From the NCBI GenBank assembly GCA_947628065.1, contig CANQYK010000001.1:7372-71371 (forward strand): a stretch of 64,000 bases of DNA, in the 5' to 3' direction. The notes beneath the pieces were generated by a model, which was not told the DNA's origin, did not search any database, and worked only from the letters and a program-made list of their open reading frames with translations. Each line of letters opens with the position of its first letter. Within the stretch, counting starts at the first letter, position 1. This DNA comes from an uncultured Bacilli bacterium (GTDB taxonomy: Bacteria > Bacillota_I > Bacilli_A > RF39 > UBA660). Positions 9,491 through 17,631 of this stretch are shown here, piece after piece. Made by a program: the position numbers and the translations under genes.

Positions 9491-12109
9491 TTATTTTGCT
9501 TCATACCAATTTTTTCCTTTCTCAATGTCAACTTTCAAAGGAACACTTAAAGATACAACATGTTCCATTTTCTCTTTTACTAAAGCTTCTAGTTCTTCTA
9601 ATTCCTCTTGATAGACATTAAAGACTAATTCATCGTGTACTTGAATTAACATTTTACTTCTCATATTACGACGTTTCATCTCTTGATATAACTCTACCAT
9701 TGCTTTCTTTAAAATATCCGCTGCACTACCTTGTACTGGCGTATTCAGTGCCATTCTCTCTCCACTTGATCGAACCATATAATTTTTACTAGCAAGTTCT
9801 GGTATTACTCTTCTTCTATTCATGATTGTTGTAACATACCCATTTTGATAAGCCTCTCTTTTTTCTTTGTCCATGTATTCTTTGATACCAGGGTATGTTT
9901 CTAAATAATTATTAATAAATTGTTTTGCTTCACTTACATCAATGTTTAAATCCTCACTAAGACCAAAACTACTAATCCCATATAAAATACCAAAATTAAC
10001 TGCTTTTGCCGTTCTTCTCATGCCCTTATCCACCTCTTCCATTGGAACATGGAAAATATCGGATGCGGTTTGACTATGAATGTCTTCATCTTTTAAAAAG
10101 GCTTGTTGTAAGTTGGTAGCATTTGATAAATGAGCAAAGATTCGTAATTCTACTTGACTATAATCGGAACTTAATAACAGAGAATCTTCTTCTGGTATAA
10201 AAGCTTTTCGTACCAATCTTGAAAAATCGGTTCGAATGGGTATATTTTGAAGATTTGGTTTACTACTGGATAGTCTTCCTGTTCTTGTTAAACATTGGTT
10301 AAAGATTGTATGAATCTTTCCATCTTCTCTTATTTCATCTAAAAGCCCTACAGCATAGTTTGTATAGATTTTAGCAAGATTTCGGTATTCTAATACATTA
10401 TCAACAATGGGATGGAAAAGATGTATTTTATCTAAGATTTCTTTGCTCGTAGAATAACTCATATCCCCTTTCTTTCTTTTTTTCGGATATGGGAGTTCTA
10501 GTGTTACAAAAAGGACATCAGCAAGCTGTTTTGGAGATAATATATTAAAAGTACACCCTGCTTGTTCATAAATTACTTTCTCCATCTCTTGCATCTTCTC
10601 TTCTAATTCTGTTTTAAGATTCAATAAATAATTGCGATCTACTCTTATTCCTGTTATTTCCATATCCGCAAGAACAAAAGCCAAAGGCATCTCAATATTA
10701 GAAAACAAATCCATCTCACCCCACTCTTCTACTTCTTTTAATAACAATTCTCTTGTCTGATAGATAAAGTCACTTTTTTTAATGGTTTGTTCTTTTGTTA
10801 CTAAGGAATCAACTTCTTTTCTTCTTCTTTCTGTACCATACGTATCTTCATAACTTTCACAGTCATACTCTAATTGGCTCATAAGAAGGGTAATATCATC
10901 ACTTAATTTATAATCAAGTAGATAGGTTGCAATCATCGCATCATACTCACAATTTTTTAATGAAATACCATAATGATGAAGTAAAATAATAGCTTTTTTT
11001 ACATCATAGGTATATTTTATGGTATCGTTTTCAAATAACTCTTTGTGCTTTAATAACTCTTCTTTTTCAAAATATAAAACACCACTTTCATTCGCAAAAG
11101 ATGCCCCTAATATTTCACTTTTACTATAAGTATAACCATCAATTTCCAAATAAAAGGAATAAGGTTTATTTTTATCAAAATGAGAAAAGTCTACTTCTTC
11201 TCGTTTTTCATAGCTACGTCTTGTAACCGATAGATTATCTTCTTTTTGTTCTTTTATTTTTTTAAGAAGGGATTTAAATTCTAATTCTTCTAATATTTTA
11301 ATATATTCTTCCTTTTTCATTCCATTATAAATACAGTCTTCCAAAGAAAATGGAATGGGAACGGCACGGTATATTGTTGCAAGATCATAACTCATATAAG
11401 CTTTTTCTTTGTCTCGTTCTAGTTTTTCTTGTGTTTTGGGACTTAATTCATCCAAATGTTGATATAAGCTATCAAGTGTTTGGTATTTACTTAATAGTTT
11501 AATAGCAGTTACTTCCCCTATTCCTGTAACGCCTGGAATGTTATCACTAGAATCCCCCATTAAAGCTTTTAAATCAATCATATGAATAGGAGTAACACCA
11601 TAAGTTTTTTTAAATTCTTCTTCATCAAAACGAATGGATCCTTTTTGTTTTAAGAGTTTCACATCTACTTCTTTACTGATTAATTGTAATAAATCTTTAT
11701 CACTTGAGATAATCGTTGCGATAAATTCATCTTCTTCATCTACCATTTTAGAAAGAGTTCCAATAATATCATCTGCTTCATAATTTTCAATCTCAAAGTA
11801 TTTAATACCCATCGCATCAAGTACTTCTTTTGCCTTTGGAAATTGATCTTTTAACTCTTGTGGCATCTCTTTCCTTCCTGCTTTATAATCATCGTATTTC
11901 TCATGTCGAAAGGTTTTTCCTTTGTCAAAAGCAACCATAATATAACTAGGATTTTCTTCTTCAATAATTTTATTCATCATATTAATAAAACCATACAAAG
12001 CATTGGTTGGAAAACCAGAACTATTTTTCATAATAACGCCATTATAGCTTGTTGCATAAAAGCTTCGAAACAATAAGTTATTTCCATCTACTAATATAAT
12101 TTTTTTCAT
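9491..12109 (-). CDS. polA: DNA polymerase I
   Basis: This 872-aa protein has a 5'-nuclease N-terminus (ILVDGNNLLFRSFYA), polymerase motifs DYSQVELRIFAH and QVHDELVF, and RRTAKAVNFGILYG. Confidence 0.95.
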   Translation of the reverse strand: MKKIILVDGNNLLFRSFYATSYNGVIMKNSSGFPTNALYGFINMMNKIIEEENPSYIMVAFDKGKTFRHEKYDDYKAGRKEMPQELKDQFPKAKEVLDAMGIKYFEIENYEADDIIGTLSKMVDEEDEFIATIISSDKDLLQLISKEVDVKLLKQKGSIRFDEEEFKKTYGVTPIHMIDLKALMGDSSDNIPGVTGIGEVTAIKLLSKYQTLDSLYQHLDELSPKTQEKLERDKEKAYMSYDLATIYRAVPIPFSLEDCIYNGMKKEEYIKILEELEFKSLLKKIKEQKEDNLSVTRRSYEKREEVDFSHFDKNKPYSFYLEIDGYTYSKSEILGASFANESGVLYFEKEELLKHKELFENDTIKYTYDVKKAIILLHHYGISLKNCEYDAMIATYLLDYKLSDDITLLMSQLEYDCESYEDTYGTERRRKEVDSLVTKEQTIKKSDFIYQTRELLLKEVEEWGEMDLFSNIEMPLAFVLADMEITGIRVDRNYLLNLKTELEEKMQEMEKVIYEQAGCTFNILSPKQLADVLFVTLELPYPKKRKKGDMSYSTSKEILDKIHLFHPIVDNVLEYRNLAKIYTNYAVGLLDEIREDGKIHTIFNQCLTRTGRLSSSKPNLQNIPIRTDFSRLVRKAFIPEEDSLLLSSDYSQVELRIFAHLSNATNLQQAFLKDEDIHSQTASDIFHVPMEEVDKGMRRTAKAVNFGILYGISSFGLSEDLNIDVSEAKQFINNYLETYPGIKEYMDKEKREAYQNGYVTTIMNRRRVIPELASKNYMVRSSGERMALNTPVQGSAADILKKAMVELYQEMKRRNMRSKMLIQVHDELVFNVYQEELEELEALVKEKMEHVVSLSVPLKVDIEKGKNWYEAK

Positions 12110-12386
12110 CGTATCACTCTTCTTTCTTCTTTTATTATAGCAAGAATTTAAAAACTTTCAAAGAAAAAAGGTGGAAAAACACACCTTATCTTATTCAAAA
12201 ACAAAAGGATGTAAATGTCAACATAAAAATTTAAAAAAATGTCAAAGTAAAAATCTTATAGTTTAACCTGCCGGTGGCTTTCCTTCTTTTATGAAAAAGA
12301 AGGAAAACAAGAAACCAGGAAGGTTTGTAGTTCATCTCGCCGATGGGCTTTCTTTCTTATAAGAAAGAAACAAAGAATTTTTAATA

Positions 12387-13151
12387 TTATTCATTATATT
12401 CATTACTTCTAGAATCACTATCTACTATTTTATCTTTTATTCTATATGAATTACCAGTTATTCTTATAATATGCGAATAATGTAGTAATCTATCTAAAAC
12501 AGCACTAGCTAGAGTATTATCACTAAAAACTTCTCCCCATCTTGAAAAGGGCATATTAGTAGTTACTATTGTTGATTTTGTCATATATCTTTTTGCTATC
12601 AATTGAAAGAATAAATTAGATCCTTGATGATCTACCGGTAAGTATCCTATTTCATCAATTATTAAAACTTTATATTGTGCTAGATGTTGAAGTTGTTTAT
12701 CTAATCTATTTTCTTTTTGTGCCTTATTTAATTTTTGCATTAAATTATGACAAGTAATAAAATATACACTATTTCTATGCTTAGCTGCTTCTATTCCTAA
12801 AGCAACAGCTAAGTGTGTTTTTCCTACTCCAGAATTACCTATAAATATTATATTTTCATGTTCATTTATAAAACCTAAATTACTTAATTCTCTTATTTGA
12901 TTTTCACTGACGGATGGTTGAAAGGAAAAATCATAATCATCTAAAGTTTTCCTAAAAGGAAAATTAGCAGCTTTGATGATACCTTCAGCAGCACGTTCAT
13001 CTTTAAAATTAATTTCGCAACCTAATAAATAATTTAAACTATCACTTAAAGGTGGCATCTCTTTGTTATGTTTATGTATATAATCTGGCAGTATTTCTTT
13101 TACTTTTTCTAATTCTAATAAATCCAATTTTTCATTTAATTCTTCTATCAT
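12387..13151 (-). CDS. istB: IS21-family helper ATPase IstB
   Basis: Walker A is GNSGVGKTHLA and Walker B is LIIDEIGY. The 254-aa protein overlaps the end of istA. Confidence 0.9.
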   Translation of the reverse strand: MIEELNEKLDLLELEKVKEILPDYIHKHNKEMPPLSDSLNYLLGCEINFKDERAAEGIIKAANFPFRKTLDDYDFSFQPSVSENQIRELSNLGFINEHENIIFIGNSGVGKTHLAVALGIEAAKHRNSVYFITCHNLMQKLNKAQKENRLDKQLQHLAQYKVLIIDEIGYLPVDHQGSNLFFQLIAKRYMTKSTIVTTNMPFSRWGEVFSDNTLASAVLDRLLHYSHIIRITGNSYRIKDKIVDSDSRSNEYNE

Positions 13152-14388
13152 TTTGATTTTCTCCTTTATCTATATATATTCCATCTAAAGAGTATAAATT
13201 TTTATTAATATATTCCATTAATTCTTTTTCTGTTTTATCATTGAAACTACTATGTTTTAATATATCTATATAATCTTTTTCTTTATAGTTATATTTACTA
13301 TTAGTATTTTTTTCATATGAATGAATCAATTTTGAGTTATAATATAAGTAGATGAATTTATCATCTTCTGATACAGTTATTGATTTTCCTACATACTGTA
13401 TTGGTACAGAATATTTAATTCCTTTATATTTAATCATTGATTCATTAGATACTTTATATATTTTTGACTGATTACAATAAGTTTCTAATAATTCATAGGT
13501 TACTGGAATTAGATATTCTTTTTCTTTTTCGAATAAGACTATTGGTATTTCATTTGTTGCTTGTGATTTTTCTTCATAATTTAAATTATAATTTAAATCT
13601 GATACTATTTTCTTAAGTTCTTTTAAGTCTTTAAATTCGAAATCAAATGCTTTAAGTCTATCCATAATTTTAGCTAAAGTTTCCACTTTTCCTTTGGTTT
13701 TTGGCCTATATGGTCTACAAGTTATTATTTTGAATCCAGCATCTTTTGAAAATTGCAAAGTTTTCGTATTAATTACAACATCTGTGTAACTACTTTTTGT
13801 ATGGTCTACTATTGTTTTCATATTATCAAACAATATTTCTCTTGTTGTTCCCCCGAAATATTTAAATGCTTCGGTTAAGCTTTTAAATAAAGTTATTTGA
13901 GTTTGATCTGTTGTTAACTTTATAAATTTAAATCTTGAATTTCCTAAAACGATTAGAAAAATACTTACTACATATTCATTTCCGTATATATCGTGTAATT
14001 TTAATTTTTCTTTCCAATCAACTTGCGCTTGATATCCTTTTATAGTTTCAAACCTAATTGTTAAATTAGAAATTATTTTTTCTTTTTTAGAAGCTACATA
14101 TTTTCTAACTATTCCATATTTTCCCATATAATCATATTTTTCTTTTAAGAGATAATATATTCCTGTTGCTGGAATATTATTATTTTCTATTTTCTCATCA
14201 ATAATTTGTTTATATGGATCTAATATAGAATGATATTCCCTCTTTTTTCTTTCTCTTTCATATTTTTTTGGGTTTAATCTTCTATCAATTGTTTCCCAAC
14301 AACAATTGAATTGTCTTGCCAAAGCTGATTTATTCACCTTTACTCCTCCTTCTTTTTCTAATAACTTTCTTGTTATTTCTTGTCTCAT
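13132..14388 (-). CDS. istA: IS21-family transposase IstA
   Basis: This 418-aa protein has an N-terminal HTH-like region and an integrase-core-like middle (QVDWKE...). It is followed by an overlapping istB. Confidence 0.85.
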   Translation of the reverse strand: MRQEITRKLLEKEGGVKVNKSALARQFNCCWETIDRRLNPKKYERERKKREYHSILDPYKQIIDEKIENNNIPATGIYYLLKEKYDYMGKYGIVRKYVASKKEKIISNLTIRFETIKGYQAQVDWKEKLKLHDIYGNEYVVSIFLIVLGNSRFKFIKLTTDQTQITLFKSLTEAFKYFGGTTREILFDNMKTIVDHTKSSYTDVVINTKTLQFSKDAGFKIITCRPYRPKTKGKVETLAKIMDRLKAFDFEFKDLKELKKIVSDLNYNLNYEEKSQATNEIPIVLFEKEKEYLIPVTYELLETYCNQSKIYKVSNESMIKYKGIKYSVPIQYVGKSITVSEDDKFIYLYYNSKLIHSYEKNTNSKYNYKEKDYIDILKHSSFNDKTEKELMEYINKNLYSLDGIYIDKGENQNDRRIK

Positions 14389-14725
14389 ACTTTTATCATC
14401 TCCTTCTATTTATGAGATAACAAAAGTATATCATACCCACTAAAAAACTGATAAAAAGTCTCAGTTTTTTACTTTAACATTTTTATCAGTTTCTATTTTA
14501 ACATTTATATCTTTTTTTCAGGGAGTTTATGAAAATTTTTTTCGCGTGCTATTATTTTCCTTATTTCTCCCCACTTTCTTCGCCTTTTTACTTTGATTTC
14601 TCAAAATGGTACTTTTTGATTGATTTCCGGACGTACTTTTTCACCTATTTTTACCTTATTTTTCAACGGTTTACGAAAAACTGTCCGTAGCTAAGCTTGT
14701 TACCTTAATTTAGATAATAATTGCG

Positions 14726-14760
14726 GGGTGCCCGGAAGACGTTGCCTTCCGGGGGCACCT
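14726..14760 (-). terminator. GC-rich hairpin immediately downstream of the 14776..16404 gene, with no clean U-tract
   Basis: GGTGCCCGGAAG-acgttgc-CTTCCGGG(G)GCACC forms a stem of about 12 bp with one bulge. On the sense strand it is followed by GCAATTATTATC rather than a U-run, and it is very GC-rich for this genome. Confidence 0.45.
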
Positions 14761-14775
14761 CTTACGTTAACGACT

Positions 14776-16404
14776 TTAAAGCCCAAACTCAAATGGATCA
14801 TCCACCGCTCCTGTACCTTTTAGCAATTGGATATTAGATACTAGATATACGACTGGGCGGACGCCGAACGTATTGCGCACGAGGTAGCCGTTTTCGACAC
14901 CCCCCGTGTTGCTCACAGCGAACGCACGGTACGAACGGTCGGAGTACGGGGCGATTGTCCATTGATATTTATTATTAACAAAGAGCCAGTCATTATTCTT
15001 ACAATCGGGTATCCCTCCATCACTACTGTACCAGTGATACAAATCTTTTGCTAAACAGGTTACTCTATTTGCTGTTGCTCCTCCACTTGTCGCATATCCA
15101 TAATCGCTAGGGTACATTAATCCTACTTTCCCTGTCCAGTTTGTTTTTCTTGGATGCGCACTACTACTATATACTGTTTCGCTTCTTTCAAACTTATAAT
15201 ATGCTTCTGTTAATACTCCGCTTGATGTACTATTTCCACCCAAGTACCATTTCGCATCTCCTATCATTGCTTGTGCCTCCGGTAACAGTCCTGTTTCTTC
15301 AAAATTACAAGTTGTTGATGCATTACTACTTCCACTTGGACAACTTCCACTTTGTCGATTCCAGTATAAACTTCCTTTTCCTCCTGTTGCATTTGCTTCT
15401 TCATCATATCCGGGATTCAGTATCATCATCAATCTTGAATCGGTCCAATCATTACTTCCGCGATCATCCTCTGATGACCCTGTCCCACTTGGCTTATTAT
15501 CAAATGATATAGTATTATCTGTTCCTACTGGTAATGGATCTTTTCTTATTAATTTAATTCTTTTTTCCCTCTTTCCTTCTCCATCATCTACTGTCTCAAT
15601 TCCAATAATCCTCCATCCTGCTTCTTCATTATTGAATGTTACATAATTATTTGGGTCAGCTCCTATATATCTATAATCTTTTAGTTCTTCTTCACTCCAA
15701 TCACTTTGTTGTGTTCCTCTACTACTTGCATGATTAAACACATACATCTTATTCTCTTTTGCATTTGCATCATCTTTACTATAATTTATATCATAATCTT
15801 GTACATCCTCACTATTGGTATAATTTGCAAGTAACTTTTCTACTGCTGATGTTGATTGCTTGTTACTATATCCTTTTACCAATACTTTCATCTTATATAT
15901 TGTTCCTTGCGCACTATTATCTGCTGTATCACTTAACCACAATCTTAAGGTATAAACTATCTTTTTATCATCTTCACTTGTTCCTAAAGTATCTTCATCC
16001 TTTACTATGAATGTTCCATTTCCAACTTCCTTCATTACTTTGATTCCAGAATCATATCCTTTATCACTTGTTAACTTATATTTTACAAAATTCGTATCTA
16101 ATGTATTATTATCCGTATCTTCTTGGAACGATATCATATAATATGCCGTAATGTCTCCACTATTTGTTATGGTAAAGGTATAAGGCTTACTTTCTAATCC
16201 TTCTTCATCACTTAAAGTACCAGTATTTTCTAAATTAATAGTATCTCCTTCTTCAAAATCTATTTTTAAGGTACCAGATTCGATACTTAAAGTTTTATCA
16301 CCTTTTAATGTTTTCGAAAATAAAGCAAACGTTGTTCCTAGTAATGATAAAACACTAAAACTAACGGATATTACAATAATTGCAATTAACTTTTTCTTAC
16401 TCAT
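14776..16404 (-). CDS. secreted surface protein with a TasA/camelysin-like N-terminal domain and a C-terminal lectin-like (DUF6273/DUF1566-like) domain
   Basis: The signal region LLGTTFALFSKTLKGDKTLSIESGTLKIDF resembles the SipW-type TasA N-terminus (GGGTWAAFND...ASGTLDL). The C-terminal half is paralogous to 60248..64000: DYRYIGADPNNYVTFN, WRIIG, RIKLIR, SRLMMILNPGY, LYWNRQSG, GLMYPSDYGYATSGG, and VRPVVYL followed by GTG..DPF. Confidence 0.7.
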   Translation of the reverse strand: MSKKKLIAIIVISVSFSVLSLLGTTFALFSKTLKGDKTLSIESGTLKIDFEEGDTINLENTGTLSDEEGLESKPYTFTITNSGDITAYYMISFQEDTDNNTLDTNFVKYKLTSDKGYDSGIKVMKEVGNGTFIVKDEDTLGTSEDDKKIVYTLRLWLSDTADNSAQGTIYKMKVLVKGYSNKQSTSAVEKLLANYTNSEDVQDYDINYSKDDANAKENKMYVFNHASSRGTQQSDWSEEELKDYRYIGADPNNYVTFNNEEAGWRIIGIETVDDGEGKREKRIKLIRKDPLPVGTDNTISFDNKPSGTGSSEDDRGSNDWTDSRLMMILNPGYDEEANATGGKGSLYWNRQSGSCPSGSSNASTTCNFEETGLLPEAQAMIGDAKWYLGGNSTSSGVLTEAYYKFERSETVYSSSAHPRKTNWTGKVGLMYPSDYGYATSGGATANRVTCLAKDLYHWYSSDGGIPDCKNNDWLFVNNKYQWTIAPYSDRSYRAFAVSNTGGVENGYLVRNTFGVRPVVYLVSNIQLLKGTGAVDDPFEFGL

Positions 16405-16489
16405 CTTACATCACCTAAAAAAGAATAGAATTAACCTATTCTATCCTTTCTTCCACGCTTAAAAGAATTTAGATAACTATCTAAAGCTA

Positions 16490-16499
16490 CCCCCCCCCC
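16490..16499 (-). repeat. C10 (G10 on the coding strand) homopolymer in the upstream region of 14776..16404
   Basis: I counted ten consecutive C residues, 86 to 95 nt upstream of the start codon at 16404. On the sense strand the tract lies between a -35-like TTTACG and a -10-like GATAGT. Confidence 0.9.
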
Positions 16500-16700
16500 G
16501 TAAACAATTTGTAAACTTTACAACATTTGACATTTTGATCAACTACCTTTCTTTTTTGTAGATTTGGAAATTATTTGATATCACTTTTTCCTTTTTATTT
16601 AAGATAATATTACTACCTTTCCTATATCCATATTACAATACTTTCGTCTATTTTGCAAGATAGAAATATCTTTTTCATTAATGTCGAATGAAAAAAAGAG

Positions 16701-16868
16701 CTAAATCACTCCCATTACGACATTTTCGTTTTGAATTTGTCTATCCTCCTTACTTTCTATTCCATAAAAATTATGACATAAATATAAACTGATTAAGACT
16801 GCCACAATATAAATAATTACCACCCCCAATGCTGTTTTTGCGATTTCCATTACTTTTTCTTTTACCAT
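16701..16868 (-). CDS. small (55 aa) membrane protein divergent from lexA; candidate SOS-induced cell-division inhibitor
   Basis: My translation is MVKEKVMEIAKTALGVVIIYIVAVLISLYLCHNFYGIESKEDRQIQNENVVMGVI. A GGAGG RBS lies 7 nt upstream. The ORF has a consensus promoter with a LexA box in the spacer. It falls below the length cutoff of the ORF track. Confidence 0.6.
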   Translation of the reverse strand: MVKEKVMEIAKTALGVVIIYIVAVLISLYLCHNFYGIESKEDRQIQNENVVMGVI

Positions 16869-16895
16869 ATTACATTCCTCCTTCTTGATAATACT

Positions 16896-16924
16896 ATTAT
16901 ATTATCGAACAGATGTTTTGTCAA
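16896..16924 (-). promoter_or_regulatory. sigma-A-type promoter of the small ORF, with a LexA box in its spacer
   Basis: The minus-strand sequence reads TTGACA (16919..16924), a 17-nt spacer, then TATAAT (16896..16901). The spacer contains AAAACATCTGTTCG. Confidence 0.6.
16906..16919. promoter_or_regulatory. LexA (Cheo/SOS) box 1
   Basis: CGAACAGATGTTTT matches the Firmicute consensus CGAACRNRYGTTYC at 13 of 14 positions. Confidence 0.65.
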
Positions 16925-16943
16925 TCGTATTTTAACTATTTTT

Positions 16944-16957
16944 CGAATTTTTGTTTG
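16944..16957. promoter_or_regulatory. weaker LexA-box-like site overlapping the lexA -35
   Basis: CGAATTTTTGTTTG overlaps the putative lexA promoter, which reads TTGACA (16955..16960), a 17-nt spacer, then TAAACT. Confidence 0.4.
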
Positions 16958-17006
16958 ACAATTGACAAGCATCATGGTAAACTTAAGAAAAGAAAGGATG
17001 AGAGTT

Positions 17007-17624
17007 ATGGAAAAACTTACGGAACGTCAATATGACATTTTACAAGTTATTAAAAAATTAAAAGCAAAGAAAGGATATCCACCTACAGTAAGAGAAATTG
17101 GAGATGAAGCACATCTTAGTTCTCCTGCTACGATCCACTTTCACATCAAACAACTAGTAAAAAAAGGATACATAAAAAAAGAAGATGGAAACAATCGTAC
17201 GATTGAAATCCTTGTTCCTAACGAATTTGAAGATGTGAAAGAAGATATTGTAAAGGTTCCTCTTCTTGGAAAAGTAACAGCAGGAACACCAATTGAAGCA
17301 ATTGAACGACCAAATGAAACGTTTAGTCTACCAATTGAACTGGTTAATAACAAAAAAGAAGTCTTTACTTTAACAGTCAGTGGAGAATCGATGATTAATG
17401 TTGGTATTTATGATGGTGATATTTTAATTGTTGAGAGAACAAGTACTGCAAGAAATGGGGAAACTGTTGTTGCGATGAACAAAGACAACGAAGCAACGGT
17501 TAAAACCTTTTATAAAGAAAATGGATACTTCCGCTTACAACCAGAAAACGATACCATGGAACCAATTATTTTGGATCAAGTTACCATTCTTGGTAAAGTA
17601 ATTGGACTTTACCGAAAATTATAA
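17007..17624 (+). CDS. lexA: LexA repressor
   Basis: The protein has LTERQYDILQVIKKLKAKKGYPPTVREIG (winged HTH), a VAAG-type cleavage region (KVTAGTPIEA), and the S24 peptidase motifs GESM and VKTF. The start is placed at ATG 17007, giving 205 aa. Confidence 0.9.
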   Translation: MEKLTERQYDILQVIKKLKAKKGYPPTVREIGDEAHLSSPATIHFHIKQLVKKGYIKKEDGNNRTIEILVPNEFEDVKEDIVKVPLLGKVTAGTPIEAIERPNETFSLPIELVNNKKEVFTLTVSGESMINVGIYDGDILIVERTSTARNGETVVAMNKDNEATVKTFYKENGYFRLQPENDTMEPIILDQVTILGKVIGLYRKL

Positions 17625-17631
17625 AAGAGCC

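Larger units (their letters stand above)
12200..14520 (-). mobile_element. IS21-family insertion sequence (istA-istB); boundaries are approximate
   Basis: The element carries an overlapping istA/istB pair. Both ends have nested imperfect inverted repeats: left 12201..12255 (AAAAGGATGTAAATGTCAACATAAAAA...AAAATGTCAAAGTAAAAA) against the reverse complement of 14465..14518 (AAAAAGATATAAATGTTAAAATAGAAA...AAAATGTTAAAGTAAAAAA). I could not see a clear target-site duplication. Confidence 0.8.

Noticed and set aside
12260-12386. GC-richer hairpins inside the IS21 element downstream of istB (CCTTCTTTTATGAAAAAGAAGG and CTTTCTTTCTTATAAGAAAGAAAG) could be independent regulatory RNAs.
   Set aside because: They lie inside the IS boundaries, directly after istB, and are most simply the element's own terminator or structured end.
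14521-14725. The stretch between the IS21 end and the GC hairpin could be a DGR template repeat or an avd remnant.
   Set aside because: By eye I could not align it to the VR-like patch (14851..14960), and it has no ORF. It is only noted as compositionally odd, with one degenerate IS-repeat-like motif.
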